Part shown: piece by piece, positions 40,182 through 51,400 of the stretch
How the letters are laid out: every line of letters begins with the position of its first letter
How positions within the stretch are numbered: the first letter of the stretch is position 1
NCBI GenBank assembly: GCA_963924565.1
Contig: OZ004607.1
Coordinates: forward strand, 34,100,001-34,164,000
Reading direction: 5' to 3'
From: Ascidiella aspersa
Lineage: Eukaryota
Length of the DNA: 64,000 nt
Notes under the pieces: generated by a model
Seen by the model: only the letters and a program-made list of their open reading frames with translations
What the model was told of the DNA's origin: nothing
The model's database searches: none
Translations under genes and position numbers: made by a program

Positions 40182-41105
40182 CTAGTAGAGAAGACGGCAG
40201 GCCATGTTGTCGGACAGGCACTTGGCGCACATGCACGACTTGGGGTAGCTGATGTAGTAAGAAGGATCGAAGCCGTCGCGGCATTTCAGCGTGAAGCGAC
40301 GTACCCTGACCTTCTTTGGCCTGCAGATCGAGCTGTTGGTGGTCATGTGTCGCGGCGCTACGTCGGGAATCTAAAGATAGAGCAAAAGGAACGTTAATCA
40401 CCGCTTTCCAGGGCGCCGTTTGAGGCTTTAGCCAGAAGTAATCAGCGCTTTTGAAACTCGCTCGCCGATTTTCGACCTTTAATTGCTTCCTACAATATGA
40501 TTTAAGCGCCGAAAGGCTTAAAGGCGATTTCTACAAAGTTTACAAGACTTCGGCATAAATTTGCCTTACATAGGTAAACCTTATGTAAGTTTTTACAGTG
40601 CATTAGTCGTGCAACTTTTGTAAGTGACCCGGTTTAACAGTTACTGCCTTTCTACTATAGGTAAGGCTAGTTTTACTATAAAGCTAAACGTTTTAACGGA
40701 GTCGGATCTCACCTGAAAGGTTTCGCACATTCCCTTGCACTGGGGTACGGGAACAGTCTTGCTGTGACAGCCTTCCTTGGACAGTGTCATCGGCTTCCAG
40801 CTGATGCCGCATGTCTTGCACTTCTTTTCCTTGGGCTCGCTGACCCGGTACATCTCGGCGTCGGCTTCGTCGGCCGATCGCGTCAAACGGTTGAGCAAGG
40901 TTAGAACGAAAGCGCGGGAACCGATATTGAGAGGCGCTCGGGATGCGCGTATGTTTCGCTTGCTCCGGACCGCTACAGGCTCCGGCTTGAAGCGGGAAAG
41001 AACGTCGTCGAACTCTCCGCGGCTCTCGGCGGTCCCGACCCCGGCCAAAGCGGCTGCGACCGCCAGGACGAAAAGAACAACTCCGGTGCACTTTTGGTAC
41101 TCCAT
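40182..41105 (-). CDS. GPB5: Glycoprotein hormone beta-5 (thyrostimulin beta subunit) with N-terminal extension, 193 aa; coding exons 41105-40713 and 40370-40182
   Basis: Signal peptide, then ...CKTCGISWKPMTLSKEGCHSKTVPVPQCKGMCETFQ/IPDVAPRHMTTNSSICRPKKVRVRRFTLKCRDGFDPSYYISYPKSCMCAKCLSDNMACRLLY*. This matches the beta-type pattern CxGxCETxxxP...CxxGxDPxY...CxCxxC...C and lacks a seat-belt. Single phase-0 GT-AG intron at 40371-40712. Confidence 0.9.
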
Positions 41106-41268
41106 TTTTTCCTTGAATCTGCTGCTTTGTTTTGTCAATATAGACGGCTTGTTGCGGTTTGCTATTCACTTGCAAAAGCCTGCGTATCCGAATTCCTTTT
41201 TAAAGCTGCTGCTTGCTTGCTGCTGCTCGGACTGATTTGGGATGACTGGTGTTTGGTCGGCGGTGGCC

Positions 41269-41277
41269 TTATATATA
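41269..41277 (-). promoter_or_regulatory. TATA box of GPB5
   Basis: TATATATAA(GGCC) on the - strand about 165 nt upstream of the GPB5 ATG, followed by Inr-like CCAGTC/TCAGTC, in CpG-rich sequence. Confidence 0.6.
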
Positions 41278-44200
41278 CCCGAGCGCCGCTGATGAATCTA
41301 CTGATGCTGTTGTCGAAATGGCAGCGCGCGCTGATAAGACGCGACCGCTCGCGCTAGCCGCCCGTAAATAAATAAACCGACGACGACGCTGAGGACAAGA
41401 CGGCCCGAAGTCCTTGGGCCTCCCGCCGCCGCAATAATCTGACATTTCCCGCACATCGAAGAAAGAGCACCGGAGCATTAATCATTTATGCAAGCGCCGC
41501 TTTCTTTCTCTCTCTGAGTCTCTTCCAGCAGTAGGCAGCGCGCGAGAAGCCTGAAGGCGCCTTTTTCTCACGCCGACTTACGCACGGCGTCGTTACGCAC
41601 GCGACGTCGTTACGCATCGACGTGCCTCCTTTTGTGAAAGTGAATATCAACGCGACGCAAGCTCTCGAGTTATTTCCAAATCGCAGCCACCTTTGAGAAC
41701 CAAAGTCTCGGGTCAAGCGCGTTCACTGAAATTTCGTCGGCGCAAAAATGTCACAAAAACGCTTGATTTTCGCCTGTTTTGAAAGTCGATCCACTAAAAT
41801 AGTGGCCAACTGACGTTGACGTTTCCATGTGCGCAATACTTTGGCGATAAGAGGCCGTGAAACTAAGAATAAGTGCATTCGTTGCTTGAATGTCGTGCGA
41901 AATTGACCTTTATAACTGAAACTATCAAGAGATTTCGTTTCGTTCTTTTTAGGATTTTTTTTACAAAAAACACTTTGCCATTAACTTTAGGTGTAACCAG
42001 CGTATAATCTCTATACATTTTATCACGAATATCGCATTTACGCAACTTTCTGTTGGATGTGACGCGAATGGTCAATTGCGATTTATTTTTAAGAAATAAT
42101 TTTGAAATTATTTTTACATTTGTTGTGAAAAACAATTCATTGTATTACTGTGGAAGCAGGTACCCTATCTGAAAACATAAACCATGTTATTCGCGGTAAA
42201 ACTTTCTGCCGGGGTTAAACCTTAAACATTATGATTTAAATCATTTTTAAAGGTTTACATTTTTAACTGTTACTTCGTGGTGCTTCTTATGCTTTCAGCT
42301 AAATCCATTTTTCTGAGGTTTTTGATTTCCCTTTAGGTCAAACGTTAAAAATTTCTTTTCGAGGTATTTCAGTATTTTAAGGCTTAGCCGTTAAAATCGA
42401 TCCGCACGCCATATATGGGCCAGTGTTAGTAGCAGCAGCGGCAGCCTGCTTTACCGCTGGCAATAAACCGCAAGACCTCGCAAAATTTTGTGACCCAAAT
42501 CTGTTGCCACCGTCCATATACAAAGGACGGGCGACGACGTTGCTCGTGACAAACCGCAATGAACCGTAAACAGCAATCAGCCAATCAGCGACGAGCCACG
42601 TGACTTTGGAACGCGGTGAAACGTCAGTCGATCTTCAGGGTCGCAAACAAGTAGAATAATCTAATGTACAGCCGTTCGTGCTGTTTGGGATCGTATATGG
42701 CCTGCACAACACGCAAAGGCACGACCCAAAACAAATCTTCTTGGTTTAACGTGGCAGGCTTGTGGTGTTTGGCTTTGTTTTGCGACGCGTCGTTTACTGT
42801 AATCCCCAAAAATCATTTCTCCCTTCTTTGACGCCAATTTGGGCGGGTTTCGATGCGGATAAACGACCAAGGTAATTAGTGTCGTGCAGACTAACAAGCT
42901 CTTTAAGTAAGGCATGTCTGCATCACGCCTGGTTTGCTGGGGCAAAATATTTTGCAGTGGCGAGAGGGGATTACCTTTCCCACCAGGAGAAATACCTGGT
43001 ATATAGGGTCAACGGCCGAACAGCTAACCAACCTCACACCTCATTAGTTTGGCCTGCAAATGAGCCATGATGGGAAAAAAGGAAAACAATGCTATTTATT
43101 TAAGAAGATGAGCCGTGTTATGCTAAAATCCCATACCCCATAGTTAGGCCATTTTTTGAATTGGTAAGCATAAACAAGCAAAAGGATTTAACCTATTCGT
43201 GTAACTGTAACCCCATAGGGAGATTACGCAACACGTTGGACGTTTTTCACACGTGCGAATTTTAACATGCCAAACCTTACAGAGAACTAATTTGCACTAT
43301 AAGAGACCTCGAGCGCCACCAAACGAGTGCCTGCCTTTGGTGCACGAAAGTCGAACACATCTTTTATTTTACGTTTCGTAAAGCCTGCGAAAAAGCTGTT
43401 AACATCAATTATGGCCCTAAGCTATTAACACCAATTACAGCCCCAGTTAAAGCTAAAATTATTTTTGTTATTTTAAAATGTTTTTCAATCATCTCAATAG
43501 CTGAACAAATCTTAGTAGCTGACAATACCCCTAAGAATAGGTCTACCAGTCGAATTCAATCGTCAAGGCCTTTACTCAGTACAATTGAAACAACGTCGTT
43601 TATTGCGTTGTATTTGATTTTGAACATTTTAATAAACTTTGAGGTAATTAGGCGATTCTTATTAGAAATGGATTAACTGCAGGAAAGTTGTATTTAAATA
43701 ACTTTTCTTACGGCATTCTCAACTGTGTTTGTCGGAAACGGCTTTCGGTCTATACAGGTCATGGGCCAATAAATCAAGAACAGGAGCCCAAACTCCCCAA
43801 ATAATTTTAAAATGTGGGTATTAGTACATTATTAGGCATAATGTTTGTTAGATGAAAAACTAAGCTAAGCTTTTTGGTAAATTCAAACTTTACGACACTT
43901 TGTATGAAGCTCAGTAGGCTCTGGATTTTGATAAGTATTTGTATCTCCTTCTTTTCACGTTAATTAGGTCATAAAAACTTGAAAAGCCTACAATATTTAT
44001 TTCAGGCCAACTAGCCTTAGTCTTTGTAGGTAGCCGGACCACGACTACCAGCCTTTAGAGTTATTCAGGCCTTTAAGAAACAGTTTGATGGCCGGTTATC
44101 TAGGTTTAAGAAGGCCAAAAACCTTAAGAATTTAAGGTAGCCTATAATGTATATGGAAGACGTCCTAGACACGATCTTTTTCCGGGACTTTTTTCTGGGA

Positions 44201-44619
44201 GTTTCCGGTGTCTTGCCCGTCATAAAAAAAAATAAAAATAAAAAAACCCTTCTGTTTCTATTTTTGTTTTGTTTTGTTTTGTTTACTGGGCACATTGTAA
44301 GTATATTTTACAAATAATTGTCAGATTTGTCAAATTACTAAAAGAAAGGGGAACACAATTTTAATAAAATTGAGACTATTTATTTCATTTTTTGCGTGAA
44401 CCAGTTTGCTTGATATTTGTTATGTTTTGGTACAACTAGATAAAATAATTATATAGATATGTAGCGTTTTTAACTTTTGTTAAGGTCGAACATCGGTCAC
44501 CCCAAGCGCTGCATGCCGGTTGCGTCGCTCAAGCTATCAACCTAGTTTCCGCTCCGTTTATTAATTATTATCGAAATGAATCCATCTAATTTTTAGTTCA
44601 AAATATTTAATTTTGATGT

Positions 44620-44749
44620 TAATGACTTGACATGAAACAGACGTGCTATAGACTTGGACTTGTTATTTATTGAAAACCTTGGACTTCAGTTATTTTGCAA
44701 ATGGCCATACTGGGACAGTCTTTTATAAAATGACTTATTTACAACACTG
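44620..44749 (-). mobile_element. Truncated third copy of the AAGTC MITE
   Basis: GACTT repeats ending in TTACAACACTG, the terminal repeat of the element at 31-459. Confidence 0.55.
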
Positions 44750-45441
44750 TTAACAGTCATTTAAAACTTCTTTCGCGCCTATTTCAGCGACGGGCACTAA
44801 AAATCAAGTTACAATCCTTACAAATCAATTTTTTACATGGAGTACTAAAAATAAAAAAAGAAGTGATAAATGAAATGTAGTCTACTTTTTCATAGATAAG
44901 TCTGATATTATCGTGTTGCAACCGCTACCTGATTTTAAGTGGAATTATTGCTACTCGTCAGGTACTGTTGTTCTATTTGTTTGGTGTCATAAGATTTTCG
45001 TTTTCGCTGTGATTTTTATGCCTAATTGTTACGCATGATTGGTATATGTTAAAACGTCAACTAGGTAGCATTTTTACGAAAAAAATTGTTAAAAAAATAA
45101 ATTGTCTCTGCATGTTTTAGAAGCCTAAATAAAAAATAAATAGTTCCTGCAATGAGTTTGAAAATTATGGGTAGAATGTGCATCTAGATACTGCGTACTT
45201 TTCATGTTTATGCCGCTTGATTAATCATTCTGCACTTCTTATTATTACCGTAGTTATTGCTTTCCGCACAATTTTGGAAGTATGGGCACGTGTGTTGCGT
45301 AATCGAGTTTTCTATTTCATACTATAAATTTAGTGTTTTTTATGGCTGTTTAGAGTAAATATGTCGTTTTATAACTATAGTGAGTATACCTAAATAATTT
45401 ATGTTGTTTTTAAGAATCCCTATTGTGCTGTAGTTTTAAGA

Positions 45442-48400
45442 ATGGCCAAGTTTATTCCGCCTGAAATTCAGGACAATGCAAATGGATGGGGACCAGTTCA
45501 TATCCCAGAGAAGTTTAAAGATATGCCATACCAGCCTTTCAGCAAAGGCGATCGCCTCGGAAAGGTTTGTTGTGCTATGCTTAATATATTTAAATCACTA
45601 ATATTTTATGGAAAATTTTGGGAATATGTATGTATTTATTAACAATGAACAGTGTAAGATTTACTCCAGTCTATGTTCTCCATGTATTCTTCCGATAGTG
45701 TTTTAATGAAGTGGCACTGGTCTAGATTCTAGACTCTAGAATCCTCCCACATTTTCTTGCGGTGGTTTATATTGCTCACATTATTTGGGTTAGGGTGGGT
45801 CAAGTATTATTATTATATTTATTTATTCTCCCAAATTTATTTGTTTATTACAATTTGACTTGGGGTAACACTAATTTACAGAATGATGAATGGTCGGAAC
45901 GCTTACAGTATTATTATTAAATATAATAACACTTGACCCACCTTCACCCAAACGCTAACCCCCTAACCCAAATATTGTGCGTTGGTTTAATAATTGTTTT
46001 AACGGGGTAACACTTAAATTAGTGAACGTTCAGATCATTCTGACCATTCATCATTCCGTAAATTAGTATTACCCTTATTTAAAACCCGTTACTTCACTGT
46101 AAAAAAATGGTAGGCTTTTAAACGAGCAATTAAGAAATGTGCATATACTAGGGTTCCTCTTTTTCCCGGATTGTTTCACTCTTAGGTAACGGGACTATAA
46201 AATGAAAATTCTTGGGAATCCCGACGAAAAAAGTATATATACCTAATTACGTATTTATGATGTTTAAAATTATTTTATATTAGCTCCAAACATTTAGTTA
46301 AGCTCATTTATGTTCTTTAGTGTTGCTTCTGCAATCTTACAAGTTAAATTAAGTTTTTCCGCTTGTAAGTGCAAATAAAGCAACTTATGCAACGACTTCA
46401 ATAGGTTTGGTAATATTTGTTTTGTTTATATCAGTTTTTTACTGTTTTTTTACCTTTGTTATAGGTGTCTGACTGGAGTGGCAACACATACCAGGATCGT
46501 CGGTTTATGAACAAGTACAACTCACAATTTGGTGGAGGAAGCCAATATGCCTATTTCCATGATGAAGATGAAAGTAGCTTCAGGCTTGTCGACAACACAA
46601 AGGTATACTTTATATGCAATTTTTAAATCTATTTTTTAGGTTGTGTGTTTTGCGTTTCTGTTTCATATTCAAAGAAGGATATTTAGCTACTTTTTGGTTC
46701 CTGTGAAGTTTGCCAAACAGTATTTGGTTTTTCATACCATAAATGAGTTTTTCTGTATACTGTTATGCTGTTAACTAGGAAATATTTCAAGTTTACCAGA
46801 AACTGAAAAAAGCATGCTATATTTATATGCGGTCCCTAAAGCCTAAAAAAAACATATACAAACTTATGAAGTTAAAGCTGAAAATTTGTTTTTTTATTTG
46901 TTGCAAATTAAAAAATAAAATTTTTTTTACATCCCAAAGCCTTTGTTTAATTAACATTAATGAATTTTCATAAATTTAATAGCACTTTAAATTAAATTTA
47001 AATGAAACTTTCAAAAGTCAAAAGATTTGATAAAATAGACCCATTTCTCTCTCTTCATTTTACTCTGATGATGGCCTGACCTATTTTCAAAACATTTAAA
47101 AACAGGGAAACATGTCAATTTTATTCCATATATTTTGCTTCAACTTATCATCCAACCTTTCTTTGCAGATCCAAAAGCCCGCCTACCAGAGAAACCGCTT
47201 CCGTTTCAACCAGCTTCGTCAACGACAGATGCAACAGCGGCAGCAGCGTGAGGCAGGGGGCGGGGTCTCCAACCAGAAGACGCTCACCAAGCTGGAGAAG
47301 CGCAAGGAACGGGAGCGTCAGCGCTTGCAGCGGAACATGCAGCGACAGTACGGACAGAGTAAAATCAGGTGGAAGGAAAGGCAGCTGCAGAATCAGCAGA
47401 AGCGCAGAGACGCCTCGGTTACTGTGCATGAAACTTGGGAGGTAAGTTGTTTAAGTCCTTTTTTTCTTTTGTGCGTGTTTTAGCGTTTATATCTTCACTT
47501 GTATTTTTACATTGATGATGGCATGAGGTATTGCCGAAACGTTTGTAATCGCGAAATGTTGATTTTATCCAATATAATGGATTTAATCTTTTTATTGAAA
47601 TTATTTATTAAAAACAACCTGTGTACTGTGCTCCAAATATTTCAGCTTATTTTTGTTATGTTTCCATATGTGAATGCTTCTTTTCTTAGGATCTGTTTGT
47701 AAAAGTACAAAGTTTATTTTGGAGGCCTTTTAACTGACAGCACATTTTATGATTTGTGCGTCATGTTGCATGACATCATAAACATCTTTAAATAAAAATA
47801 CTTTGTTTTATACTGATGATAAAATAAACACCCCTAAAGAATATAAAATTTTCCTCCAAAATATTTAAATTCCACTGTGTAACAATTGTCTATAACTACA
47901 ACTGAAATATACATCATTAAATTGTAAATGCTTTTACTTGAGATCTGTATCTAAGGCATCTAAACTGCATTGTTATTTTTTGCGAAAAATGCTATTATTT
48001 TCTGCTAATGATTTTCGATCATTAGGTTCTTGAAGAAATGGATTTCAATCGTCTTGGCAAGTTGAAGCTTCCAGATATTGCCGACCCAGAAGACCTGTAC
48101 ACTTGTGGTGAACTTCTGCATTACGACAAGACCTATGACCGGGTGTCAGTCAAGGCAGAGAAGCCACTACGAAGGTTCAACAAGGAGTTCCACAAGGTAA
48201 ATAGTTTTCTTGTAGATTTTCCTGAGATTTAATAGCATGTCAGATTGTTGTAAGGGCTTCAGTTTTAAATGTACTTGGAAGCTTCACAATCATAGACAGT
48301 ATGTAAAACAATCTTGTATAAAATCTTTAAACATTACTAAAGAAAAACTATTTATTGTTTGTATAATTGTGACTTATATAAGCTACTTTGTATGTCACAA

Positions 48401-51400
48401 ACCTGACAAAGCATTGAATCTAAAATCACCAAGGTTATATTATATTTAAATAAAAGTCCAGGCTTTTTGTATGGTTTGCTTGAAAATAATTATTGGCTCA
48501 AAGATTTACTTTCTTTTTTTTTACATTGTATAGTAAAATTGAACATTCCATCTGGTCTTAATAGTTGTTTTTTAACATCTTGTTTTATTGTGGTGAGTTT
48601 TTACCCTTTTAATTTTCTGTTACGTTTGCAGGTTACTACTACTGATGATCCAATCATTCGTCAACTGTCAAGAAAACCTGGCAATGTTTATGCGACCGAT
48701 GCAATCTTGGCAACGCTCATGTGCTCGACCAGATCTCAGTATTCGTGGGATATCATCGCTCAGCGAGTCGGCAGAAACAAGCTGTTTTTCGACAAACGAG
48801 ACGACTCCAACTTTGATCTTCTCACTGTCAGTGAAACTGCCAATGAACCACCGCAGGTATAAATAATGTTTGACAAGATTTAATCGTGCTAGGAATGTCC
48901 CTGAAATAAAGTAATATTGCCACCTAGAAAGTTACGGTATACAATGTGGAACCACCGCAGGTATAAATGACGTTTGGCTAGATTTAATCGTGCTAGGAAT
49001 GTCCCTGAAATAAAGTAATATTGCCACCTTGAAAAGTAACAGAATACATGATGTGTACCGTCAGTGATCAAGTCTTCTTACTGTTAGTGATACTGCCAAC
49101 GAACCACCGCAGGTAAAAATGACATTTGACAAGAGATTTAATCATGCTAGGAACAGCCCTGAAATAAAGTAATATGGCCAACTTGAAAGCAACTGAACAC
49201 TCAATATGTAGTCAGTGATCAAGTCCTTCTGGGGTCGTACAGGTCAAAGATAACGACACATTATTTAGTACACAGGTCGGATGGGAATGGCTTATTGACA
49301 TCATTCAGCCTAATCAGGATGATAGTACAAGCAAGGCCAGGCTAGAAAAACAACTAGCCTGTTGTGAGGTTCGACCACACAACTTTCAGCCAAACTAGGA
49401 ACTTCGCTCTATCAATTGATTTATGGAAGCCTTGAAAGTATTGAAGCTTTAAACGCCATTTAATGACTTCATTAGCCGATGTGTTAAAACTGACCAATTA
49501 GGGTTATAGTGGTTAAAATCTTTACAGTCTTAAATCGAAAAAGATTTTGCTGGTTGCGGAGTAAAAACAATTAAAGACACAAAGTAACAAACTGTTTCTG
49601 TGAAGGTTGAAGAAAAGAAGGAACTCAATTCACCCCTCAGTCTTGCCATGGAAGCCACCTACATTAACCACAACTTTTCCCAACAAGTCTTGCGTCCTGG
49701 TGAAAAATTCAAGTTTCCAAACAAAAATCCGTTTGTTCAAGGTATGAATTATTTCTCCATTAGGCGTTTTTAAGAATTTCAAAGAAGTTTATACTCCTAA
49801 TTATGCATAAGTCTTATTTCAGTTCATAATTTCAGGTGTTAGGTGTTAAGTGTTAGATTTATTAAATTAAAAAGGGTTATGGTTGATAAAAAATAACTAT
49901 TTTGTCACGCCTATTGTGTAATACACACATTGTGTATTCTACATGTCGCAATCTACTATTTCCGAACTGCAAATGTAAAACTGAACTATTTAAGAAACTG
50001 AATTTCCTTTCCTACTAAAATTTGTGTTTATTCCAACAGAGGAGTCTGACAACATTGCATCGGTCGGATACAAATATCGAAAGTGGAATCTTGGAAACAA
50101 CCTTGAACTTATCGCAAGAACTGAGCACGACGCTGTCATCGGACAACCTGGGAATGAAAGCTTTATTAACGTTAAGGTCTGTTATTCATTGCTAACTTTC
50201 CCAATTGTCTCTATAGATTACTTAAAATGAATCGGCTAAAGAAGTTAGCGACAAGATCAGCAAATTACCAATTTTGGCCAAATAGGTTGTTTTTCTTAAA
50301 ATGTAATGGGCTGTCACAACACACAACCTCAAAGTCAATTTATTTACTTAGAGAAAAACAGAAGTTAGCCCTTAGAAAAAAGACCACTTAAACCTAACGA
50401 ATAAAGAGTGGATTGACAATGACATTAATATGATTGAAATGTAGAGCATCTTTTTAATACAAGCAGTCTTTCTACAGACACTTAACGAATGGGATTATCA
50501 TTACTGCAATGGAATTGAATGGAGAAGGAAACTGGATTCGCAGAGGGGATCCGTGTTGGCCACAGAGTTAAAGAACAACAGCTGCAAACTGGCCAAGTGG
50601 ACGATGTGTGCTATACTGGCAGGGTGAGGCTCATTCTCACATTAATATTTTCAGTTCTGTAAGAATCGTAATTTGTCAGAAAAATAGCTGCATGTGTCTA
50701 TCTTTGAAGCGAAGTCCGTGTAGTTTTTCCATTCAAAGCTGTGTCATTTAGCACTGTTTAATTTTTATATTTAAGAATCGTTTTTTTCTTTTCCTGCGGG
50801 ATTGTTTTTGGTATCAGTTAAGGGTTAGATTTAAATTAATTCTGCCATAATTTCATTGAAATATTTTTTCAAGTTGATTGTTTTTCCACAGCATGTGTAT
50901 TCTCAAAAAGCGGTTAGGTTTTATAATTGGTTGTTTAAACCAGTTGTAACATGTCGAGCTTGTGTACCTCTATCCACATTATTATAAAGTTCTTTAACAA
51001 TAAACCCTATTTGATTTTTTCAAATAGATCTGAATACATGAAGATGGGTTATGTGTCACGTTACAACATCCAAGATTCCTCGCGTCATGTAATCATTGGA
51101 ACACAGCAGTTCATCCCCAAGGAGTTTGCCTCACAAATCAACTTGTCGGTGTCCAACGCCTGGGGAATCTTGCGATGTATCATTGACCTTTGCATGAAAC
51201 AACCAGAGGGAAAATACTTGATTCTGAAGGTAATGTAAATCAAAGTCTGTATTAAATGTATGTCAAGATGTCATTTTCATTAGTTGTAATCGATTTATCC
51301 TTGAAAGGCGGTTACCAGCAACTTATAAAATAGTAAAATACCAAATAGTTTTTTACCCATGTCTGATTTATTTTTTATTTGCTGATCTTATTTACATGAA

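Noticed and set aside
40693-41235. Alternative-frame and antisense ORFs over GPB5 exon 1
   Set aside because: Shadow ORFs of a GC-rich coding exon.
47813-47905. TGATGA...CTGA as an intronic C/D snoRNA
   Set aside because: No terminal stem and no recognisable rRNA-complementary guide.
49330-49431. Functional tRNA gene
   Set aside because: The A and B boxes are degenerate and there are no acceptor or anticodon stems. Treated as a SINE head.
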